From contig CBDCJH010000002.1 of assembly GCA_965217775.1 (NCBI GenBank), positions 3,552,001-3,616,000 on the forward strand: DNA of 64,000 nucleotides. Direction: 5' to 3'. Shown here in pieces: positions 19,832-28,114 of the stretch. The position numbers were made by a program, and so were the translations under genes. The notes under the pieces are model-generated. The model did no database searches and was not told where the DNA came from. It was given only the letters and a program-made list of their open reading frames with translations. Every line of letters begins with the position of its first letter. Within the stretch, counting starts at the first letter, position 1. This DNA comes from Acidobacteriota bacterium (GTDB lineage: Bacteria > Acidobacteriota > UBA6911 > RPQK01 > JAJDTT01).

Positions 19832-19858
19832 GGGCGGCCACACAAGGACCGCCCCTAC
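19832..19858 (-). repeat. REP-like palindrome (GTAG type)
   Basis: Minus strand GTAG-GGGCGGTCC-TTGTGT-GGCCGCCC. Confidence 0.6.
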
Positions 19859-19881
19859 GACCCCAGGAGTCCAGGATACCC

Positions 19882-21039
19882 ATGAAATTGAATCGACGAG
19901 AAATGATCCGAACCGCTGCCACCGTGACCTCCATCACGGCCCTCTCCACCGGCGGCCGCGCCCGGGCCGGCGCCGTCCGGGAAACTTCAGTCGTCAGCCT
20001 CCGTCCCCATCTCTATCACGGGTGGCCCACCGTGGCGTGGCGCTCCAGCGGCGAGCTGCTCCTGGTCTGCTCCGGAGGGCGGGAAGCCCACGTCTGCCCC
20101 TTCGGTTGGGTGGAGCTGATGCGCTCCCACGACCAGGGCGGGACCTGGACTTGGCCCCGGGTCCTGACGGACGGCCCCCTCGACGACCGGGACGCCGGCG
20201 TTCTGGAGACTCGCAAGGGAAGCCTGCTGGTCACCACTTTCACCTCGGTAGCTTACGAGGGCCCGTTGTCCAAGGCTCCGGCCGAGAGCCGGGGTAGCGG
20301 CGGGGCTTGGCCGGAAGAGAAGATGGCCCGCTGGCAAGCCGCCCACGCCCGGATCCCGGTCCACCGGCGGGAGGCCCTGTTGGGCGGGTGGATGCTCCGG
20401 TCCACCGACGGCGGCGACACCTGGTCGGCCCCCTACCGGGTCCCCGTCAACAGCCCCCACGGTCCCGTTCAGCTCTCCGACGGACGATTGCTCTACCCGG
20501 GAAAGCAGTTCGGGCACGGCGAGGGCCGGATCGGCGCCTGCGAATCCGCCGATGACGGCAAGAGTTGGCGCTGGGCCGGGGGGATTCCCACCCGTCCGGG
20601 AGACAGCCGGCACGACTATCACGAGCTGCACGGCATCGAAGCCGCCGACGGCACCCTCATCATCCAGATCCGGAACCACAACGACGCGAACGACCGGGAG
20701 ACCCTGCAATCGGAATCGGGCGACGGCGGCCGGACCTGGTCGGTGCCCCACCCCATCGGCGTCTGGGGCCTGCCCTCGCACCTGCTCCGGCTCCGGGACG
20801 ACCGGCTGGTCATGACCTACGGGTACCGGCGCCGGCCCTACGGCAACCAAGCCCGGGTGAGCACCGACAACGGCCGTTCCTGGTCCGAGCCCGTCACGCT
20901 CTCGGCGGACGGTCACTCGGGTGACCTGGGCTACCCCTCGACGGTCGAACTGAACGACGGGTCTCTGCTGAGCATCTGGTACGAGAAGCTGGCGAGTTCG
21001 CCCCGGGCGGTGCTGCGCCAGGCCCGCTGGTTGCTATAG
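19882..21039 (+). CDS. Sialidase-family (BNR/Asp-box) protein, TAT-exported
   Basis: NRREMI twin-arginine signal; repeated SxDxGxTW Asp boxes; GYPSTV. Confidence 0.88.
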   Translation: MKLNRREMIRTAATVTSITALSTGGRARAGAVRETSVVSLRPHLYHGWPTVAWRSSGELLLVCSGGREAHVCPFGWVELMRSHDQGGTWTWPRVLTDGPLDDRDAGVLETRKGSLLVTTFTSVAYEGPLSKAPAESRGSGGAWPEEKMARWQAAHARIPVHRREALLGGWMLRSTDGGDTWSAPYRVPVNSPHGPVQLSDGRLLYPGKQFGHGEGRIGACESADDGKSWRWAGGIPTRPGDSRHDYHELHGIEAADGTLIIQIRNHNDANDRETLQSESGDGGRTWSVPHPIGVWGLPSHLLRLRDDRLVMTYGYRRRPYGNQARVSTDNGRSWSEPVTLSADGHSGDLGYPSTVELNDGSLLSIWYEKLASSPRAVLRQARWLL

Positions 21040-22551
21040 CGCAACTCTCCCCCGTTGCCGCCGGTGCTGCCAGTAGCTGACGAGCGTCCCGGCGGAGAGG
21101 TCCACGGTCAGGGCGACCGGCGCCACCCACATGAAGCTGACCGGGTCCTCCCCGGTGACCGGATCCATGCCGAAGACGGGTCCCGAGAAGGCGGTCAACC
21201 CGGCGGCCAGAATGCCCAGAACCGTCCCCACCCAGACCCCCAGCGGCTGGGCGAAGGGAATGAAGAAGGCATAGACGAAGAGCCCGAAGATGGGCGCCAC
21301 CAGGAGAGACGACGTCTTGTTGCTGATCGCCCAGATGTTTCCGGGCACCTGCTCCAGGAAGGAGCTGCCCACCACGATGACGCCCCCGATGACGAAGGCC
21401 AGGACCTTGGCGATGCGGGTTCGCACCCGTTCGCTCTCGGGGAGCCTGCCGAAGCGCGCCAGGAAGTCCCTGCTGACGACCGCCGTGATGGAATTGACTC
21501 CGGAATCGATGCTGGACATGGCCGCGGCGAACATGGCGGAGACCACCAGTCCGGAAACGCCCGGCGGCAGCAGGTAGGCGATGTAGTAGGGGAAGACGTC
21601 GTCCCCGTTCCGGGTGAGCTCGATCCCTGCCGGCAGATTCCCGGGAAACTCCTGGAAGAATCCCAATAGGGCGAACCCCACCATCCAGAGAGATACGATG
21701 ATGACGACGTTCACGATCTGGTGGGTCAGGTAGGCCCGGCGGGCCGCACGGGCGTCCCGGGTCGCCATGAAGCGCTGGACCATGGTCTGGTCGCCTCCGG
21801 CGGTGCAGACGGTGAGGACGAAGACGTAGAAAATGGATCCGAGGATGCTGATCCGGACTCCGGGATCGAAGCTGAAAAGGGGTTGAACGTCCCAGTGCGG
21901 CTGCCAGCCGGTGGGAACCCAACTCAAGCCCCCCAACTTCCAGGTCACCAAACCGATGGCCAGGCAGGCGCCGCCCAACATGAGAAGCGTTTGGACGGTG
22001 TCGGTGATCACCACCGCGCGAAGACCTCCCAGAGAGGTGTAAAGAACCGCCACCAGCCCGGTCAGGAGGGTGACCAGCGGGATCCACGACTCGTCCACTC
22101 CCATCATGACGGTCATGGCCTTGGCCGACAGGTAGATCAGGAGCGACATCCAGATCAGGCGGACCAGGAGGAACAGCACCGATCCCAACAGCCGGACACC
22201 CAGACCCAGCCGCTCTTCCAGGAGCTCGTAGGCGCTGGTCACCCGGCTCCTCATGTAGACGGGAATGATGGCGTAGGCCACGATCAGGAAGGCGAAGGGA
22301 TAGGCCAGGAAGTTGAGCAGTCCCCCCGGCCCTTTGGAGATGGCTTCCCCGGGGACGGCCAGATAGGAGATCGTGCTCAGCAGCGTGGCGAACATGGAGA
22401 ACCCGATGAGAATCGGATTCATCCGGCCGCTGCCGGTAAAGTACTCCCGGGTCGTCTTCTGCCGGCGGCCGTAATAGTAGCCCAGGGCGACGGTTCCCAG
22501 GGCGTAGAGGATGATGATGGCCCAGTCGATGATCGTCAGTCCGCCCGGCAA
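21034..22551 (-). CDS. Sodium:solute symporter family protein
   Basis: Polytopic; YF.GSG, SAYE.LE.R, GGLRAVVITD, DQ..VQR, AAAMSSIDSG. Confidence 0.92.
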   Translation of the reverse strand: MPGGLTIIDWAIIILYALGTVALGYYYGRRQKTTREYFTGSGRMNPILIGFSMFATLLSTISYLAVPGEAISKGPGGLLNFLAYPFAFLIVAYAIIPVYMRSRVTSAYELLEERLGLGVRLLGSVLFLLVRLIWMSLLIYLSAKAMTVMMGVDESWIPLVTLLTGLVAVLYTSLGGLRAVVITDTVQTLLMLGGACLAIGLVTWKLGGLSWVPTGWQPHWDVQPLFSFDPGVRISILGSIFYVFVLTVCTAGGDQTMVQRFMATRDARAARRAYLTHQIVNVVIIVSLWMVGFALLGFFQEFPGNLPAGIELTRNGDDVFPYYIAYLLPPGVSGLVVSAMFAAAMSSIDSGVNSITAVVSRDFLARFGRLPESERVRTRIAKVLAFVIGGVIVVGSSFLEQVPGNIWAISNKTSSLLVAPIFGLFVYAFFIPFAQPLGVWVGTVLGILAAGLTAFSGPVFGMDPVTGEDPVSFMWVAPVALTVDLSAGTLVSYWQHRRQRGRVAL

Positions 22552-22604
22552 GGCCTCCTCCTATCCCGCCGGACCTCGCGAGGAGCCTCCCGCGGCGCTG
22601 GAAT

Positions 22605-23192
22605 CTAGCGGTCGGAGAGCTTGCTTTCGATCAGGCTGACGACCGTGGGATCGTCGGGGCGCGTCCTGGGCTGGAATCGGGCCACGACGTTTCCGGACCG
22701 GTCCAGCACGAACTTCTCGAAGTTCCAGCTGATCTCGCCGGGCCCCTTGGGCGCGGCCGAGACGGACTTGAGGTACTTGTAGAGATCGGCCGCGCCGTCG
22801 CCGTTGACCTCGATCTTGGAGAACATGTCGAACTCGACTCCGTAGTTGGCGCTGCAGAACTTGCGGATCTCTTGGGCGCTGCCGGGTTCCTGGCCGTTGA
22901 ACTGGTTGCAGGGGAAACCCAGGATCGCCAAGCCCTGTCCGGAGTACTTCTCGTGCAGGTCCTGAAGCTGCTCGTATTGCGGCGTCAGTCCGCACTTGCT
23001 GGCCACGTTCACGATCATCACGACCTTGCCCTGGTACGAGCTCAGATCCACGTCCTTGCCGTCCAGGGATTTCAGGGTGAAGTCGAGAGCGGGCGTGGCC
23101 TTTTCGCCCCCCTCGAGGCTGACGGTTCCCGCCACCAGGAGTACCAGAACGAGACAGACAGCGGATGGAAACAGATCAGAGAGACTGGACAT
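22605..23192 (-). CDS. Glutathione peroxidase family protein
   Basis: VNVASKCGLT, GFPCNQF..QEP, WNFEKF; signal peptide. Confidence 0.93.
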   Translation of the reverse strand: MSSLSDLFPSAVCLVLVLLVAGTVSLEGGEKATPALDFTLKSLDGKDVDLSSYQGKVVMIVNVASKCGLTPQYEQLQDLHEKYSGQGLAILGFPCNQFNGQEPGSAQEIRKFCSANYGVEFDMFSKIEVNGDGAADLYKYLKSVSAAPKGPGEISWNFEKFVLDRSGNVVARFQPRTRPDDPTVVSLIESKLSDR

Positions 23193-23311
23193 GAGAGATC
23201 CTCCTCACAGCAACCCGGCGTCCACCGGAAATCTACACTTGGACCTCAGTTTAAGCTGATCAGGGGTGATAAATCCATACCAATTTTCGAGGGCAGGGAC
23301 GCCGTCCGTAT

Positions 23312-23605
23312 TCACGCAGACGCCTCAACCGGTGGTTCGATCATGCTGGTGTCTATAGAGGCGCGGGCCACGTCGAGATCGTACATCCGCTGCAGGTTCA
23401 GCCAGAATTCGGGGGTCATCCCCAAAGCCCGACCGATCCGTAGCGCCGTGTCCGCTGTAATGGACCTGCGGCAGTGGACAATGTCGTTAATGCGTATCGA
23501 GGGTATGCGCATCGCCTTCGCCAGACGGTATTGGCTGATACCGAGCTCTTCCAAAATCTCCGCCAGATGTTCTCCCGGATGGACGGGTGCGGCTGCGGTG
23601 GTCAT
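23312..23605 (-). CDS. higA: HigA-family antitoxin
   Basis: PVHPGEHL, HTH, ITADTALR, FWLNLQ..YDL. Confidence 0.92.
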   Translation of the reverse strand: MTTAAAPVHPGEHLAEILEELGISQYRLAKAMRIPSIRINDIVHCRRSITADTALRIGRALGMTPEFWLNLQRMYDLDVARASIDTSMIEPPVEASA

Positions 23606-23616
23606 CTGTTTTCTCC

Positions 23617-23725
23617 CTAACGATAGTCGACGAATTCGCTGCAACCATCCTCTGCAATCTCATATGCGCTTGACGCTGAATGTCAGGTGGCCAGACCGGA
23701 TCTGCTGCCGTTGAACAATCGCCCG
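23617..23725 (-). pseudogene. higB: HigB toxin remnant with internal deletion and frameshifts
   Basis: Fragments RLFNG, PPDIQRQAHMRLQRMVAA and EFVDYR-stop, directly upstream of higA. Confidence 0.7.
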
Positions 23726-23809
23726 GCGTCGCCGCTTGAATCGACTCACCGCTCACTCATAATGACGACCCGGGCAAATTCCGTCACAATCGTAGACAGT
23801 GGCCTGCTC

Positions 23810-24222
23810 CGGTCGACATGGATGCCGCCATCGCAGCGATCGCACGGCGGGACGCCGTACGAATCCTGCCTGACGGCTTGGTGGCTGCGAACCAGCTCGG
23901 CCTTACCACCGTAGTTCCCGCCAAGGTCTGGTTCGTGACAGACGGTGCATCGCGAACCATCAAGATCGACGGCCGAACCGTGCGGTTTCGGCACGCGAGC
24001 CCGAGTGTCATGCGGTGGGCAGGAAAATCTTCGGCTCCGGTGGCTCAGGCGCTCCGGTGGCTGGGTCCTGACGCTGCCGCAGACGCTCGAGTCGTTTCAA
24101 TATTGAGACCATGTCTTCCCGACGACGTGAAGCGCAACTTGTGCCGAAACATCCGAGATTTGCCCGGCTGGGCGTTGCCACTTGTGCGTAACATCACGAG
24201 TGCCCAGGACGTTGCCCTATGA
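23810..24222 (+). pseudogene. 5'-truncated DUF6088/AbiEi-like antitoxin
   Basis: AIARRD, AANQLGLTTVVPA, TDG.SR, QALRWLG; N-terminal wHTH part missing. Confidence 0.7.
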
Positions 24223-24598
24223 ACGGACTGAGTTCCGGGTTTCAGAGAACGTTGGATCATATCCGATCCATCGCTGATTCCGAAGCCCACAAGGGTCGCC
24301 TCTTCGAACGTCTGATGAAGACGTATTTTACCCAGGATCCCCACTACAAGGGTCGGTTCTCCCAGGTCTGGCTTTGGGTACGAGGTCAACGGCCGGACGC
24401 CGGTCGAGTGGTTCATCGACCGCTACGCAGATCAAGCGGGACAGAAGAAGCGGCCTCATCAACGATCCCAACGGTTGATTTGAGGATCCACGGGATTTGA
24501 TCTCCGCAATCCGGCGGATCGTCCAAGTCAGCGTGGAGACGGTTCGCATTGTGGCAGACTTGCCGGAGCCAATGTCCACGGAGCCGGATGTACAATGA
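24219..24598 (+). pseudogene. Collapsed type ISP restriction-modification gene (N- and C-terminal ends only)
   Basis: KGRLFERLM...DP.Y...F..VWLW joined to YEVNGRTPVEWFIDRY / SGLINDPN / RIVQVSVETVRIV..LP, with a frameshift and an internal TGA. Confidence 0.75.
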
Positions 24599-24620
24599 AA
24601 ACTGACTGGAGGACAAGGGC

Positions 24621-24869
24621 ATGACAAATACCGAGTTGTTGGCCCGCATTACTGCGCGCCCGGATGTCTTCGGCGGCAAACCCATCGTTCGCGACATGAG
24701 AGTCTCGGTGGAACTCGTTCTGAGCCTGTTGACACAGGGCGTCACGCCAGAGGCCATTTTGGAGGACTACCCTGGACTCGAGCCAGAAGACATTCGTGCG
24801 TGTACTGCATACGCCCACGCGGTGATATCCAAGGATTCGCTGTCCGCCGTATCCATCAGGCAGACGTGA
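24621..24869 (+). CDS. DUF433 antitoxin-like protein
   Basis: PDVFGGKPIVR..RVSV, ILEDYP.L..EDI.AC..YA. Confidence 0.9.
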   Translation: MTNTELLARITARPDVFGGKPIVRDMRVSVELVLSLLTQGVTPEAILEDYPGLEPEDIRACTAYAHAVISKDSLSAVSIRQT

Positions 24870-25222
24870 GGTTCCTTGTTGATCGTTGTGCCGGGCGCCG
24901 TCTGGCGGAATGGCTGCGCGGCCAAGGCCACGATGTTTTCGAGTCCCGTGAACTCAGCACCGATCCGGGTGATCGGGCTCTACTCGAACGTGCCGCCGCC
25001 GAACGCAGAATCCTGGTGACAATCGATACCGACTTCGGCGAACTCGTTTATGTGCATGCGGTACCGCACGCGGGACTGGTCCGACTCCCGGATGTGCCGG
25101 CGGAGCGACGCATCGCCTTGATGGCCGAGGTGCTTGAACGGCATCGGCGGGCACTGGAAATCCAGGCGGTTGTCACGATACGTGGTGATCGGATTCGGGT
25201 CTCACAGCCGCCAGCATCATAG
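24866..25222 (+). CDS. DUF5615 PIN-like toxin
   Basis: RFLVD, L...GHDV, RILVT.DTDFGEL; GTGA overlap with DUF433 gene. Confidence 0.88.
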   Translation: MRFLVDRCAGRRLAEWLRGQGHDVFESRELSTDPGDRALLERAAAERRILVTIDTDFGELVYVHAVPHAGLVRLPDVPAERRIALMAEVLERHRRALEIQAVVTIRGDRIRVSQPPAS

Positions 25223-25227
25223 AAACA

Positions 25228-25422
25228 TTGGAGCTTACAGGTTTAGTTGCCAAATACAGGGAACTCCTAGCCCCATTGGGTTCGGTGAGCCTCTCCGTGA
25301 TTCGGACCTTCATGCGCCTCTTGGCCCGAAAGAAGCATCCGAAGGGACATGAGCCCTGCCCTTGCAGGAGCGGAAAAAGATTACGCGACTGCCATCGGTC
25401 CTTCCTGATGGACTTGAGATAG
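25228..25422 (+). pseudogene. C-terminal fragment with SEC-C zinc motif
   Basis: KGHEPCPCRSGKRLRDCH; no convincing start. Confidence 0.55.
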
Positions 25423-25632
25423 ACGATTGATCCACAACACGCGAAGTGGGATAGCCAACGACTGCAGTACTGCCGACGAGGGGACGCGGCTTGATCGATG
25501 TGATTACTCCAAAGGTTTTCTGCTCTTCCTGTGGGGATCCCAGCAACTTCGACTCGATGAGGGTCCTGCAAAGTGACTCTGCATTGCAGCAGAGTCACTA
25601 CGATGAGAAATACCCCTATTCGGAGACCGCCT

Positions 25633-25875
25633 ATGAAAAAAACGCCGGATTATCAGGGTATCGCCAAGGTGTTCCGGAGCGGTCGGAGTCAGGCCGTCCG
25701 GTTACCGGCTGCCTGTCGACTCGATGTCTCCGAGGTCGAGGTGGTCAAGGAGGGGGATCGACTCACACTGCGTCCCCGAGGCAAGAATTGGAGCGCCTGT
25801 TTCGAATCGGACTCGCGGGGGTCGTTGCCAACACGCCGCGAGCCTCCACTCGATGCTCGGGATGAACTGTGCTGA
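25633..25875 (+). CDS. vapB: VapB antitoxin (AbrB/MazE fold)
   Basis: AKVFRSGRSQAVRLP...EV..EGDRLTLRP. Confidence 0.88.
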   Translation: MKKTPDYQGIAKVFRSGRSQAVRLPAACRLDVSEVEVVKEGDRLTLRPRGKNWSACFESDSRGSLPTRREPPLDARDELC

Positions 25876-25889
25876 TGTAAATGTTGGAT
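25869..25889 (+). pseudogene. VapC start remnant
   Basis: GTG CTG ATG TAA ATG TTG GAT (M-L-M-stop-M-L-D, cf. MLxYMLDTN) overlapping the vapB stop. Confidence 0.45.
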
Positions 25890-26015
25890 CCTCCTGTTTT
25901 CAATGACTTCAGGTGTCTCCGCTTCATTTCTTGTGAAGTCCCAAGCCGCTAAGACACTGATCACACTGAGCACCATCCCCTGTTTTCCCTCCGGCAACCC
26001 GGCTATCCTTGCGCC

Positions 26016-27119
26016 ATGGGCAAACCACTGATCGTCGACCTGCATCTGGACTTGGCCTGGGACGCGCTCTACTGGAATCGGGACCTGACTCTGACGGCTG
26101 AACAGGTCCGGGAGCAGGAACGGCGGGAACCTCCCCAAGTCGCTCCCGGTCACACTTGCGGGACCTGCACCACCACCTTTCCCGAACTCCGCCAGGGTGG
26201 CGTCGGCGTCATCCTCAGCACCATCATGTCCCGGGTCCAGATTCGATCGGGGCGCATGAAGGACGGCCTGCGGACCCAGGAACAGTGCATCGGCATGGGA
26301 CGGGGACACTTGGCCTACTACCAGGCCATGGCCCGCCGGGGCCAGCTCAAGCCGGTCCACCGCTGGGCCGACCTGGAAGAGGCCATTGAGGCGTGGAAGG
26401 ATCCGAAGCCGGACACGCCCCTCTACCACGTCCTTTCCATGGAGAGCGCGGACCCCATCGCCGACCCCGACGACGTGGAGTTTTGGTGGGATGCCGGACT
26501 GCGCGTGGTGGGTCCCGCCCACTTCGGCGACAACACCTATATCCACGGCACCGGCACCGAGGGGGGACTCAAGGCTCCCGCCCCGGCGCTCTACCGGGCC
26601 CTGCGTGAGGCCGGGATCATCCTGGACATCACCCACATGGCCGACCAGGCCGTCTGGGAGTCCCTGGAGATCTGGGACGGTCCCATCTGTGCCACCCATT
26701 GCTCCGCCCGGGCCCTGATCAAGGGCCAGCGTCATCTCACCGACGACATGATCCGCGAGGTGATCCGGCGGGGTGGAGTCATCGGCATGGTCTTCTGCCA
26801 GAGCTTCATCGACCCGGCCATCGAATGGGGAAGCCGGCCGGCCATCAACGGCTGCGGGGGCAAGTACGGCATGGACGGATTCATCCCCATCATCGAGCAT
26901 ATCGGCGATCTGGCCGGAGGCTCGCTGGAGAACGTCGCCGTCGGGACCGACATGGACGGCGGATTCGGAGCCGAGATGACGCCCAAGGACGTGGACACCA
27001 TGGCGGACGTCGCCAATTTCGCCAACGTCCTGTCCGATGCCGGCTATCGTGCGGAAGACGTCGACGGGATTCTCAGCGGCAACGCCCTGAGGCTCTTCCA
27101 TCGGGTCTGGAGTTCCTGA
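26016..27119 (+). CDS. Membrane dipeptidase (peptidase M19) family
   Basis: DLHLD, SMESAD, DITH, THC, GTDMDGG. Confidence 0.9.
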   Translation: MGKPLIVDLHLDLAWDALYWNRDLTLTAEQVREQERREPPQVAPGHTCGTCTTTFPELRQGGVGVILSTIMSRVQIRSGRMKDGLRTQEQCIGMGRGHLAYYQAMARRGQLKPVHRWADLEEAIEAWKDPKPDTPLYHVLSMESADPIADPDDVEFWWDAGLRVVGPAHFGDNTYIHGTGTEGGLKAPAPALYRALREAGIILDITHMADQAVWESLEIWDGPICATHCSARALIKGQRHLTDDMIREVIRRGGVIGMVFCQSFIDPAIEWGSRPAINGCGGKYGMDGFIPIIEHIGDLAGGSLENVAVGTDMDGGFGAEMTPKDVDTMADVANFANVLSDAGYRAEDVDGILSGNALRLFHRVWSS

Positions 27120-27126
27120 ACCGGGT

Positions 27127-27231
27127 TCAACAGCCCGTGGCAAAAGTCGTCACGGCATTCGACCGTCCCTGCATCCCGGCGGGCGCAGGAACGGTCTCGG
27201 TGCTCGCGCGACTTTCACCACGGACTGTCAA
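27127..27231. mobile_element. MITE family A, internally deleted copy (97 bp, TCAA target duplication)
   Basis: Same ends as 19580-19737; 61-bp central hairpin deleted between CCGGCGG repeats; TCAA on both sides. Confidence 0.85.
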
Positions 27232-27989
27232 TATTCGATCTTCACCCAGTCGAACATGATCAGACCCTTGGGCAGGCGGTCCTGATCCACGGGGTAGTCG
27301 ACCCCCGCCCGGGGGGTGTGAAGGTCCGTCACGGTTTCCTCGAGCGGCACGATCTCCAGCGGGAACAGGACGAAGATGAGGTCGATGTTGACGTCCTCCA
27401 ACACCTTCCCGATTTCGTCGCAGCCGTAGAGCCCGGTCCGGTCGTGACGCGAACCCAGGCAGGTCCACTGGCCGGGATCCGGCGCCAAGGTCACGGTCTG
27501 CTCGCTCCATTCCCGGGTGACCCGGAAGGGCTGTCCGGTCAGGACCATGTTGGCCGTGGTCTTGTCGGTCTCGGATTGGGCCAGCAGCAGAAGCTCGGCT
27601 CCCCGGGCCTGCAACTCTCCCCGCAGGCGGACCGTCATCCGGGCGTTGGTGAGACGGGTGGAGTAGCCCCGATCCACGAACGAGTTGTTGGTGTAGGGCA
27701 GGCGTGTGGCCGCCGTCGGATGCTGGTACCACCTCCCGTCAGTGTACAACCACATCACCAGGTGGAGATATCCCGCCCCGGGCGGGGCGTGGTTGGAATC
27801 CAGAAACCAGGGTCCGTGACAATAGGCCACGCCGTCCCAGACCGGCAGCGCGTAGTGCCGGTCGGCGTACCAGCCGCCATTTCCGTGGTCGAAGTCTTCC
27901 AGGTAGACGCGGGGGTCTGCAACCTGTCCCGGGCCGCAGCCCGTCAGGACCACCACACATCCAGTCAGCAAGAGTTCTCTCATTCTCAT
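27228..27989 (-). CDS. Hypothetical lipoprotein
   Basis: VVVLTGC lipobox; coding-like composition; stop codon lies in the MITE target duplication. Confidence 0.75.
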   Translation of the reverse strand: MRMRELLLTGCVVVLTGCGPGQVADPRVYLEDFDHGNGGWYADRHYALPVWDGVAYCHGPWFLDSNHAPPGAGYLHLVMWLYTDGRWYQHPTAATRLPYTNNSFVDRGYSTRLTNARMTVRLRGELQARGAELLLLAQSETDKTTANMVLTGQPFRVTREWSEQTVTLAPDPGQWTCLGSRHDRTGLYGCDEIGKVLEDVNIDLIFVLFPLEIVPLEETVTDLHTPRAGVDYPVDQDRLPKGLIMFDWVKIEY

Positions 27990-28004
27990 TGGAAATTCCC
28001 CCAG

Positions 28005-28113
28005 GGAGGGCGACTCCTGGTCGCTCCTCCCGCGGTTGCCACGCCGGAGTGCGGAGGGGGACTACCGTCCCCCCTACGATCCCAACAGGGCGACAAGAAA
28101 GTCGCCCCTCCTA
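28005..28113. repeat. Cluster of three REP-like hairpins
   Basis: GGAGGGCGAC..GTCGCTCCTCC, GGGGGAC..GTCCCCCCTAC and GGGCGAC..GTCGCCCCTCCTA. Confidence 0.6.
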
Positions 28114-28114
28114 T

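Noticed and set aside
19531-19881. Extended N-termini of ORFs 64-1131, 18337-19623 and 19531-21039
   Set aside because: The extensions read through MITE/REP sequence; downstream starts fit the families better.
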